Below are positions 39,028 through 50,407 of a DNA stretch of 64,000 nucleotides, one piece after another. This stretch comes from Phoronis australis (taxonomy: Eukaryota; Animalia; Phoronida): positions 262,129 to 326,128 of the forward strand of contig NMRA01000003.1 of the NCBI GenBank assembly GCA_002633005.1, written 5' to 3'. Position 1 is the stretch's first letter. Every line of letters begins with the position of its first letter. The translations under genes and the position numbers were made by a program. Below the pieces are notes generated by a model, which saw only the letters and a program-made list of their open reading frames with translations, made no database searches and was not told where the DNA came from.

Positions 39028-40657
39028 AGGAGAATGCCACCCGATTTAATTAGTCTTTTTTGCCGTCTTAATCGGTCTATATCCACATCGCCTCGCATAC
39101 GGTCCACCTTACCTCGCCAAGAGGTGTCGCGTTAACCAGTGAGGAAGGTGAGAAACGACTCTAGCGACGTCAGTGGTTCATATGCAGAGTGAATGCCGCT
39201 TTGTTGCGGTGCATCGTTTCCGCTTGTCCGAACTAAGCAGCTTCGAGGAAAGCGGGTATATCGTTTTTTTTTACTTCCTCAAGAGTACGAAATGCTTAGG
39301 AAGTGGCTCATGGTAGTGAAGAATGAAATGTACGTTGTAAATAGCAAGTAGGAGGCCATGAAACATCTCCGTGTCTGTGGCCTGCAGACGTCGGACAGTG
39401 CCTCACGAATGCCGGCTTACCAAATAACTCCATTCTTTCCGTTGTCTGAGCTTGTTCACGGCGCCTCTCTAGTATTTCTTCATCATTGTATTCCTGTTCG
39501 AATTGATAGCCTGTAAAACTTAACGATCCACCTGCGAAGTCGGGACTGATGAGCTCTAGTCGGGATTGCGAGTTGCCATGTTTATTACTGAGCGTTCTGT
39601 TTCTAAATGAATTATTCTCACGCTAACCAATACTTATATAAAACTGAGACAAAGTCTGTCTCATTAGATGCAATTTGTAATGCCTTTGGAGTTTTCGTGA
39701 GAGCAAATGATTTGAGAAGCCAGCAATGAATAAATCACTGCGTTACCGGCTTTAGGTATAATAAAACTAATTGATGGGTCAGGCACTGAGGCCGTGTGAG
39801 CTCATGCTAATTTAGTGTTTGCTGGCAGAAACTGTTGTGAAACAACTCGATTTCCATTCCACGGCCAGGTGTTAGGGGAATCTTTATTTACATTTACATT
39901 ACTCAAATAATGATTGTCAATGTACAACTTCTGCCCTGACGGTGCTGTGGCCAAAGCGGAACCTGAATTCGCGGCCCCCGACGAGTTTCGTGGCTAATTC
40001 ACCAACATAATCAGGTGCACATTACTTTGGCTCACTATTATAGTATTTTTTTGACTGGAAGTTTAGTTTCCACTGAACTTTGGCTGGTTTATGTTCGTGA
40101 TGTTTGATCAGTTTCCGAGCCACTGGCCGGAATAACGAGTCAATCCGGCCGGCCGCGACGGGCCTGATCGAGCTCCGAGCCACTGGCCAGGATAACAAGC
40201 GTTTTGTGTTTAGAACTCAAAAAATCACAAGTCTAAACAACACAGATCTAGGTTCTCCTGTCTGTATGATCTCACGGAAAATACTTCGAAATTATCTCCG
40301 AGGCACAACCCAAACTCCTTCTACGGACCTTAGTGGCCTGCCGAACTTTGTAGGCTACGGTGTGTCCAAATACCTAAAATAATCCGTAAGAGCGAAATAA
40401 AACAACACGTTTTTATAAGAACTCGGTGTATTTTTAAGGGTTTTACATCGAAGTTTGATGACTTCAAGCGATAAGCTGACACCAGTAACCCGTGTTCTGA
40501 ACTGCTGAACCGACTGTGTGTGAAACCGATGACGTCATTGGATAATTTCAACACCTCCGTCTGCCGTCAGTTAACGCAACCGTGCGTGTCGTTATGGAGT
40601 AGAACTACTCGATCTAAATTGATACAAATTAGGTTGTTTTTTGGGTGGCATGCTCCT
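39028..40657. mobile_element. Kolobok-type element, family B, decayed
   Basis: 15-bp TIR AGGAGAATGCCACCC / GGGTGGCATGCTCCT with flanks TCAA / TTAA. A degenerate THAP lies on + at 39193-39387 (CIVSACPN*...GISFF-LPQEYEMLRKWLMVVKNE...HLRVCGL). A KolX-like start lies on - at 39579-39430 (GYQFEQEYNDEEILERRR). Confidence 0.75.
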
Positions 40658-43337
40658 TTAAAAGGATACTGAGCTAGTTCCGTCGATGCACTATTTCCGC
40701 ATGCCGTTATTGTGCATATTACTACATACAAAAACCGTGTGCAACGTATTTCCCGCCGAATAAAGCACTCGACTTTTCTAAAAGAATTTTAAAGCGCTAT
40801 AGTTGTCTTTCTCGAACGTAAAACCATGTAGATGTATATCATATCGCAGATTTAACTTCTTACCTCTACTGTGGCCGTCCGAGCAGTGACTTCCTCTTAC
40901 GCCGTTTTTTAACCACAAAGCAACATTTTTAGGACCAATAATCCTCTTGGCTATTTTTGATTGGCTTATAGTTCGTCGATTCTAGAGATCAAGCTGTTTA
41001 ACCAATCATATACTTGCCTGTACTCCAGATGAAAGATTGAACGTGATTTTGACGGCGTTATGTTCTTACATTCACAGAAGTCACTGAGTTAATTAGATAT
41101 GCAAGCCAACTCTGAATCTCCAACAGCGTTGAACATATGCATGGATAGGTTGAAATTATTGGATTTTGTCACATCACTTTCACATTGCACATCAAATGTT
41201 GAACGGCACACGTCGATATAACGAACGATCGCGTAAAGCAATCATCTTCAGAAATGATATGGCCAATACAATTGCATAGATATGAAGCGACGTTTTACTG
41301 TTCGTTTAGCTTTTTGCTCCGCCATTTGTAGTTTTGACGAAACGGTGAATTTGTAAATTGCATACATTCATTTGGCTCAGTTGGCCGGCATTCGGGTGAT
41401 AGGTAATTTTAATGTGACGTCACCAGGTTAAAATGTGCAAGCACAGGATGGCAGACGATTCATTCGTCGTTGTTCCAGATTAGTAAAAAGCAGGCAAACA
41501 TAACCAAGTAAAACCTTTCATAATTGTTTCATAAGTACCAACGGGAATTTTATTTTGTTACACTTAATAAGTATTTTCCCCAAAGCCATGAATTTCTTCT
41601 GATATTTCCATTTCACAGAAACTGAAGAGCGATATACCTCCACCTTTGTTCCACAGTTTGAAGTCAGAACTCAAGTATTGGCTATGAGTGACTCACTTAC
41701 GTTTGCCCAACCACGAGAGCACCCAGGAGGGCTCGAAGTAGGCAAAAAGGTCCGCCTCAGAGAAACAAAAAATCCGAAAAAGTAGAAAATAAGACTTCAT
41801 TTAAAAAGGCAGGAATTGGGCGAATTCACAATTCATAGCTCTGAACGTAACCCGTTTTTTAGTAAAAGGTCCATATTCTCAAAAATTCGAGCCCTCCTAC
41901 TTTTTAGGTTGGGTGCGCATGCTTACTCGTCACCCAAGCAAGTGGCCACGTTTATGGTGACTATTACCAAAAAAATTTGTTTCGAAAACCGACAGGTTCC
42001 ATCTGATTTTGCTCATGATGAAAATTTTGTAAATCTCGTCTTCAGTTCAGATCAAGATTGGTTGAGTTAAATTTCCAAGTTCATGCACACGTGATCTAGA
42101 GATCAGTGACAAATGGGATGTCAATTCAAGCACAATTGTGAAATATCATCTAATCAAACAATTTGAGTAAGAAAATAACGCATTTTTCTGAATAGTACGA
42201 ACTCGAGGATTTAAGGCATGTTTTGAATGAAATGAACAAGAGGTGCGATTGAGACGATAAACAGGACGTCAGTGAGTGCCAATAGTATCAAAGTTTGATT
42301 GGATCTCTTAAGCAGTTCACTTTATTCCAAAATGTTGTTTGTGTAGGAAATTCGTTGCACAAGCTTGTCATGTATATATACCAAAAAGTCGCTAGCAGTG
42401 TCACCTTCTGAAGCACAATTGGTACCTCTCCTGAGCAAGAGCATTATAATTCAGCTAAGACACGTCCTATGCGTTTCCCCCGGTACAGTCGTTGTGCAGT
42501 GCTTTTTAAGTCGGTGGCGGCGACAATGATGCATGAATGAAATGCGCGAAGTTGAACAGAATTCCACGAAGTAATCTCAGAAATCACTTCAATCAATGGT
42601 TTTTAGAAATTTTCGTCAAAAATACTTCGATATTCTAACATGAATGAGTTTCTCTTTTGCGTTTAATTTCAGAAACGTCTGTAAGTCATTAGGCCTAACT
42701 CTTCACTTCCGAAGCTGTTACCACGTGACCTGGCTCACAAGTTCAGCATAGCTTAGCAGGTATAATTTGAGGATGCGGGCCGGGTTTTCAAGAGGCATTG
42801 GCCATTTAGGGTTTTCTATAATTATGCCACCAATTGGCCGTGTGTGCCGTCGAAATTCTGCGCCAAAGTCATCTTAATTCACGCAGACATGTTTCATTGA
42901 GGATTTGTAAAGAACTGAGAGTTGTCAGTTGTTTGCAAGACAAAACTATCTTCCCCTCCAAGTAAGGAACAATTTGAGGACAATTTAATAGTCCCAAGTG
43001 GTACAAATCGAAGACATTTTCTTCGACGGAACGCGATCAGCGGGAAACTGAAAATGCTTTACAGAGGCTTGTTTTGTTTGTTGAATAGATAGAATGGGGC
43101 ATTTTGGTATGTTCAGCGGTCTCCAACTTGTTTTAAACCTCTTCAGAAATTGGAAATGTTGTACTTCCGAAAGCAGCCACCTGACAGTGTCTCCACGGTT
43201 CTTATGGTAAAGACAGTGCACCTACCTCGGAGATCTTCTCTATCGGTGCCGAAAACGCCTTACTGATCCCTGACACAGGAATGGATATTCAACATTTGAT
43301 TACGGGTGGCACATTCTCGGATAAGTAAATTCGACTC

Positions 43338-43838
43338 TTACTTTTTATCAATAGGAAGAGAACCGTGACGTTTAGCGCCTTGTGCTTTGGCAAGTCTCCG
43401 TTTCTGCAAGTCCTGGTTGGCTAACGTTCCCATTCTGGATTTGGCTCCATCTTCATTATACATAAATAAGCTTGCTCGGGGCCCAATCTTAGGTCCACCA
43501 ACAGTGCCCATGGAAAAACCTGCGTATATAGATCGTATGACCACGGCAACAATGAAAAGCATTGCGGATGCACCCAGAAAGGCGCCACCTAGTGAAAAAA
43601 ACACAATCTTTTGAGACGGTGTTTTGTTCAACGTGGCACCCATCACCAACATTAGTCCTCCTGGAATGAGAATTATAACCGCTAGACAAATAAAAACCGG
43701 ATTCATTTTCAGGATATTGGGTGGTATGGGTGGTGCAGTATATGGGTTCGAGGTCCGTCGTTTGTCACTGACACTGGGATCACGGGATGACCGTGCAGGC
43801 CAGCTGTGACGTTTTGATGCGCTAGGTTTCTGTTGCAT
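43338..43838 (-). CDS. Intronless two-transmembrane orphan protein, 166 aa
   Basis: Open frame from ATG 43838 to TAA 43338. It has two hydrophobic helices (VFICLAVIILIPGGLMLVMGA; IVFFSLGGAFLGASAMLFIVAVVI) and basic N- and C-terminal tails. CRE-like and TATA-like elements lie ~100-135 bp upstream. Confidence 0.65.
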   Translation of the reverse strand: MQQKPSASKRHSWPARSSRDPSVSDKRRTSNPYTAPPIPPNILKMNPVFICLAVIILIPGGLMLVMGATLNKTPSQKIVFFSLGGAFLGASAMLFIVAVVIRSIYAGFSMGTVGGPKIGPRASLFMYNEDGAKSRMGTLANQDLQKRRLAKAQGAKRHGSLPIDKK

Positions 43839-43934
43839 GTCTGATTTCTCTTTCACTGAGCAGTTTTGCAGGGTTTTTAATTCGTCTTGCAGTCAAATGC
43901 ACCAGACTTGAAAAATTCAAGACCTATTCGATCA

Positions 43935-43974
43935 TTATATATATTTGAGTTAAGTAACAGAACAAATGACGTCG
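43935..43974 (-). promoter_or_regulatory. Putative CRE + TATA core promoter of the 2-TM gene
   Basis: TGACGTCG (7/8 match to CRE) at 43967-43974 is followed on the minus strand by TATATATA at ~43936-43943, about 100 bp before the ATG. Confidence 0.35.
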
Positions 43975-44323
43975 TACTCATGGCTGTTACGCAACGATGA
44001 CATGAAATAATACGACCATTTTAAACTTCTTTAAAGTCGTCAACATGCCCTTTTGCGCCGACCACCAAAGATACCGTAGAGAAACCAGGGAAGCGTTCCA
44101 TGCGTGGAACGAGATTCTTGCCCCAGATTTTGCAAGATCATACAAGGTCCAAACAAAATCGCCAGGTGCGTGAAATGTGGGTGTTTAGCAAGTCATCTTG
44201 TGCAGCGCAAACTGGTAAAATGACTACCACTAAAATAACTGTACAAATAAGGGCCATACTGGGTTAGGCTGCATTCCGTAAATGCAGTAATCTTGCGATA
44301 ACGTAAAATCATCCATTATATGT

Positions 44324-47300
44324 TGTCACGTTTTTCCCCGTGTGTGGGTGGGCGCAAAAGGCAGGTGTTACAGACCGGTGCTATAATAGCTTTCGGTCGG
44401 GTGCGACGACTGACTGAAGACTGGTTCGAGTTAATCTTTTATTAATCCCGATCGTATGTTCACAAGCCTATGTTCAAACAAAACGTCTGACGTAATGTCT
44501 GTTTATGCTCGGAATATGTCCCGCAAATAATAGGTGCGTCGCAAGCTCCGTTTCGAAGTCTTGACTTGTCATGAACTTCTGAGACACGTTCAGCAACTGT
44601 TACACTCGTTGATTCAATAAGTAAAACCTGCTGTCTCTATAGCTGGCTCTCTATTGACTATCGCCGTAACTGCTGATTCTCTTCAGTGCAACTCAACTGT
44701 AATTCTCCTGATTAACTTTATTTTTTTGAACCGACTTCGTTGATCTGCCGTGACTAACACAAACCCAAACCCGTGCTTGTGTATTTATAGCCTAATGCAT
44801 AGTTCTGGAACTTTACATCAATTCAAGCACATTCTAGAACTTTCCTGAACTTCTACCCGACCATTCTACAAACATGTACTAGTCTCTAGAATATTCCAGA
44901 CTGCATTAATCACTGTCATGCTAGAGTATTCTAGAAAGTTCCACACTGCAGTAAACAAATTACATCATCACTGTTCTGGCCTCAGTCTTTTACAAAGTTC
45001 CACATTATTTTGTTGTAAACAAATTACATCATCACTGTACTTAACTCAGGGGTCATGCCAATCAAACAGAATAACAAAACAATACAACTAAAAATACTGT
45101 CAGACTATATTTAGTCTAGACGCATTTCTGGAAAATGTGCATGTTAGAGGCATTTTTAGTAAAAGTGGAGAACCTGTCTTTTTAGCATAATTATGGTATG
45201 CTGATTTCGATTATGCCTGTTCCCAAGCTGGATTTTGAGTTTTTGACCATCTAATTTGCATAAACAAAATGGCCGCCAAACCAACAGGATAAGAAACATT
45301 CGTAAGACCAGGAGTACAATATGTGACGAATACTTAGGAAATTTTTGCTTCAAAAACATAATGTGTGTTTAGATCACTTAAATTTAACAGCATATTAATG
45401 AACGTCATTAAATTCCCCAATTATGCTAATTAGCTTCCGCCATTACCAAAAAATTCAAATTTCGGTGTAACTTTATCAATTTGCAGGCAAACATGACAAC
45501 TAAGGTGTCTATACCTATGATTTGAAGGTCTAGAAAAATTATTATGACACATGTGAAGCTTTTTATTTCATCTTCACTAAGTTACAAATGTTCATTAATA
45601 AAGTCTGAAAATTAAATTAGAAATCATAATTATCCATGCTTTTTTGCGAACATCTCACTATTTAGATAAGACATAAAAGTATTGTAAACATAACAACATG
45701 ACTTTTAAATACTGTTGTAAAGAGATGCATGGCCATATCGTCCCATTTTGGACAGGAGCATATCGTCCTCACAGTCGACTAAGCACTCTGCTGCAGATTA
45801 ATGGAGCTTACGTGGTCGGTCCCAGAATACCAAAATATGTTAATACAGTACCTCGTTTAGTGGCTCTTCACGTATCAATGAACTTTATCAAGGCCACAGA
45901 AGATCACATGGGTGATTCCGGAATAGCTGAGGTGTGTATAGAGAGTGCAGTACTTGGTCAAGACCTATGGAACTGGTCCTCAGAGGAAAGTCGTACAGCA
46001 AAGCTACAGTATGAGGGCACACAAACTGTCTATGCAAGCTCTGTGGCATCTCCTGCGAGTGTCAAGCCTTCTCTCGTTTATTGCAGAAGCGACTGTCATG
46101 CTTCTATTACCAGTATGTCTGCAGATGATGATCCACAGAAAATTCCGGAGTTTTTAACATTTCTTAATTAGGATAAGTTCAGGAAACTCCTGGGCATTTT
46201 GTCAACAGTAGTTCGGATGATGTGAATTTCAGCTTCTGGTGGAGTTACATGTACATGGTTCCAATATTGTTAAAGTACACATGCTCTCAACGGAATGGTA
46301 TTTTGGAACTGCATCTCTATTCATTTACTCTCGTGCTGCCTCACCAAATTATGCCCGAGTGTGGTGCGGTCTTTTTAGCGGAGATACACCAGCTTCCACT
46401 GCAGTCTGTTTGGTCAGAGTTTCAAGCAGGAAATTTTGTAGTCAAACGCTCTCCTCATTTGCTCTGTCAGGTAGATGCTGGCCAATGGGTAAATGGGGCA
46501 GGCAAAAAGGAGGGGGTATCATCGGTAATACCAAAACCTCGTCAGCTCTATGGAGGTGGACACTCTCATTTAATCTGAAATCTCATATAGCTGAACAAAC
46601 TTACTGCTGTGGGAGTACATAGTTTCATAACGATGCCACGAGGCAACTGTTGAGAGTTCCCATCTTTAAGCATTCCATGGATTGAAGGTCTTCTCGTCCG
46701 CAAGGCCTTAGCTGCTACAAAGCCTTGCAACAACAGACCTAGCAACAGCAATAATCCAAGAGTCACTTTTGCATGCCAAGGAACTTGGACACGAACAAAC
46801 TAAGAAATTTGTTCGAGACCGATTATCACTGAGCAATGCGATAATTCAGACACGTCAATTCACGCGCCTATGCGCAAAAATAATACCCCAACATTTGCCA
46901 ACTTACATGATGTGGTGAAACAATCCAAAGACAAAGACAAGAAAATAGTTCTTAAGGCAGAGAGAGATATACTTCACTGCCTAGCTACAGCTTATGAGGT
47001 GGGTCGGCCAGTTGATTTGCCGTCTGTGCTCAAACGCGAGATTCTTCCCGTCCATGTTTTCTTACAGAAACGAGTGGCACATTGCGCACTGGAGATAAAT
47101 CTTCACTTGCCGAAGTATTAATAGTCAACACATCGACTGTCCTAAAACAATTCAACTTTATGGCATGCCCGCTTGCCTCATTATTGATGGCGAAGCATTG
47201 CTGGTAGCTCTTGGGAAGCTTGATGGTTATGTGACCTTCGAGAACCTGGCTGATTCATTCATGAAAACAGTGCTAAACATAGGATTTCGATATCATAAAA

Positions 47301-49088
47301 TTGACATTGTATTTGACAGATACAGACAAGAAACTATGAAAAACACAACAGGAAAACAGCGTAGTAAAGGAATACAGAAAATCAGGTGATTTTTGGAAGG
47401 CCGTGGTGTACCTCTTCCTCAAAACTGGTCAAATTTTCAGGCACTGGCTGAGAATAAAGAAGACCTAGCACATTTCCTGTCAGAGGAATTGTGTTTGTAG
47501 ACGCCTGAAGATAAAGAGTTTATGGTTGCAGGAGGGTTTAAAGATGAGCTGGAAGTAAATTAAATCATCTAAGGTTATGACTGACTTGAGGACTCTGAAA
47601 TCCACACATGAAGAAGCAGATACTAGACTGGTACTGCATGCTGTCCACAGTCAGTCGTATTTCCAGAGACACCCGATGTTCTACTGCTTCTGGTATCGCA
47701 CTTCCAACAAATGCAAAGTGAGCATATCTGTATGATGTCAGGCACATCAAAGAAATGACGATATATACATACTGAAGCACTTTTCAACAAACTACTAAGA
47801 GGCTCAACTACATCCTTGTTTGCTTTTCATGCCGTGACCGGGTTTGGCACCAACTCGTACTTTGCCAATCACATGAAACTATCATCATGGAAGGTGTTCC
47901 TAGAGCATCACAGATTGCTTAAGAACCCCTGCATTGGTGAAATCACTGAACAAATTACGATGGCTTCAGAAGTATTTGTCTGCAGAATATACAACACGAC
48001 CGGTAGATGTAGCACGCCATTTACTATTCTCCAACCCCGTGAACCCAGAAGTCCTTCCCCCTCACCCATAATGCCCGCCGTTTCCATCTGATGAGAGTGC
48101 ACTATCAGGTCAAGGTATGGCGAAATGATCATTGTTCCATACCTGAGCTCCCAGCACCCTCTGATATGGGGGGACACACTCTAACTTATGCTTGCAGTCC
48201 ATACTGATGAGACAGAGTTCTATCCCAGACAGGTGCCTAGAGATGGTATTGTGTGCATGCCAGAAACAACGCAACAGCAGACAATGCATATCATTATGCT
48301 CACGGCAGCAGCCCATTCCTTGCATGCAAACAGTTTGATTTGCCTGGCTTTAGGCATGTTAAAAAGTACAAAAAAGTGAATGCTAAAACTGTGTTCAGCA
48401 GGCCTGAAAATAATTCATGCAAATGAGAATTTAATGTCTTCAATAACAATAACTATATTGATTTTTTATGAATGGAAGATAACGGGATAGTGTGAACATT
48501 TGTCCTATATTCCATCAAACTAGTGACACCTTGCTTGACGAGCATTGCAGATTAATGACTAATTTTTCCCCATTCTGAAAGAATACATCTATAACCCAAT
48601 AAGTATGAAATAAATTGCCCCAAAAATGTCTTTAGCATGTTTGTTGACCATGAAAATATAAGTATAAACAACTCATTTTTCAAGTTAGCCTGCAGGAACA
48701 CAAACTTAAAGACGAAAATTACATTGTATGGTAATGGCGGCACCTAATTTGCATAATTAGTTGTCAGAGTTGCATTTTTTAGTATTCATAAGTGATGTAT
48801 TGCACAAGAAGTATTTATAAGAAGTGTACAGGTGAGACATTTCACCATTTTAAATGGTATATGGTGATTTCTATCACAAAAATACATCTGAACTTGACAA
48901 TTTGGCCGCCATTTTGTTTATGCAAATTAGATAGTCAAAAATGCAAAATTCGGCTTGGGAACAGGGTTAGTTGAATTCGCCATACCTTGATTGTGTGAAA
49001 AAGTCTTGTTCCCAACTTTTACTAAAAAATGCTTCTAGAACCTTATACAGGGCTCTTTTCAGGAAATGCGTCTAGGCTAATTCTGACA
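44324..49088 (-). mobile_element. Solo LTR (~0.8 kb) interrupted near one end by the Academ element
   Basis: TGTCA (44324) ... TGACA (49088) termini. The 5-bp flanks tatgt / tacgt differ by one CpG-type transition. On the minus strand there is TATAAATA (~44782-44789) and a downstream AATAAA (~44438-44443). An internal 24-bp direct repeat sits at 44951 and 45015. Confidence 0.65.
45112..49079 (+). mobile_element. Academ DNA transposon with decayed transposase
   Basis: TAG...CTA termini, 3-bp TSD ATT (45109-45111 / 49080-49082) and ~175-bp imperfect TIRs. Fragmented frames contain IIDGEALL, IVFDRY, STHEEADTRLVLHA (~47600) and FHAVTGFGTNSYF, the XPG/PIN-like nuclease segment typical of Academ proteins. 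Confidence 0.85.
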
Positions 49089-49614
49089 TACGTAAAACGT
49101 TGGTTCAAAATCAAAAATTTTTTACTCGCGATATGGTCCTCAGCCTCGACGGTGTGTGTCGTTTGGCGTAATTATCATCAGTGGTGTGCAGTTGATGGCA
49201 TCGTTGGGTTCTGGTTGTGGTTTCGCATGCGCGAACGAGCCCCCCCCATTTGGTGAAGTCATGTGCAACTGAAAAAGTTCCGCCTCGAAAATGGGACAAA
49301 AGTCCACAAAACAAGCGCAAACACGCAGTACACAGTGGTGGTCCCGTTTTTTTTAGTCCTCCAGCTCTTTTGTTAGCAAAAGGTCCACAACGTCAGGAAT
49401 TCGAGTCCCCCCATACTGAAGGCTGGGTGCGCGCATGTTTCGTTGTCCGCGACGTTTACGTAAAATTGCGGTTTCAAGATGGTTGTGCGAACATCAACGT
49501 TCTCAGCAGGTTTGGAGTTGGCGTCGTCGTCTTCCTCGACGTTCGGTGTTGCTGCTGCTGGTTATACGACAGGTGCCGAGTACTAGGGAAATATACTTTA
49601 AACTTCCGAGGACT

Positions 49615-49774
49615 CAGTGGCGGATTTAGAGGGGGGGGGCAAGAAGGCCATGGCACCACTAAAATTCCCCCAGATTCCATTTGGCAGTCCGGGGGTGAGA
49701 ATGTCCGATCTGAAGGGCAAAAGTGGCTAATATTCTGCCCTGCCCCCCAACACAAAATCCTGGATCCGCCCCTG
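49615..49774. mobile_element. Short hAT-like MITE (CAG...CTG)
   Basis: CAGTGGCGGATTTAG / CTGGATCCGCCCCTG termini; a related copy lies at ~3780-3944. Confidence 0.65.
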
Positions 49775-50407
49775 GAGGAATTCCTGTGCACCATCCATGG
49801 TGTCACGTCGCATATAGGTGTGCCGACCAGACCGTCCGGCCTTGCAAAACTTTGTACCGCGCCCCACAACATGTAGAATGTCCCTTTTCCCGACCAACGG
49901 ATCAAAATCACTCATTTCTTCCTTTTCCACATGATTTATCCCGANAAAAGAAAACACCGTCGTTACAGCAGGCATTTTCTCCTTACGGCCGTACCGGCCG
50001 AGATCAAAGTGTTCTACTTTTTATGTCCAAATAATGACAACTATATCGTCCTATTCGGTTTCTCGGTGGCGTTTTCAGTTGATTACAGGAAGTGCCGCTC
50101 GTCATAGCGCTTTCATACTGCGTTTTTAACGAATGTAGTTTTGAACTCCCCATTATTCGACAATTGAACCCACGTAACTAATCATTTTTCCTGCATACAA
50201 CGACTTGCTTCTGAGTATAATAAGGTATGCTTATATGTGTTTTGTCATAAATAATAGGAGGGCATTAAAAATAATTCCTGTGATCTAAGCGATTTCAGAG
50301 GAACTTTTCAATGCATTTCATATCAGTACTGAGAAAGAAATTCAGTTACATGAAACATGTGTCAACATACATATTTATTGCAAACAAAGTACAAGACAGC
50401 ACACAGT

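Noticed and set aside
49217-49876. 219-aa ORF and overlapping antisense ORFs
   Set aside because: It runs across two GC-rich MITEs (~49226-49437 and 49615-49774) and has no recognisable domain, so it is probably a chance open frame.
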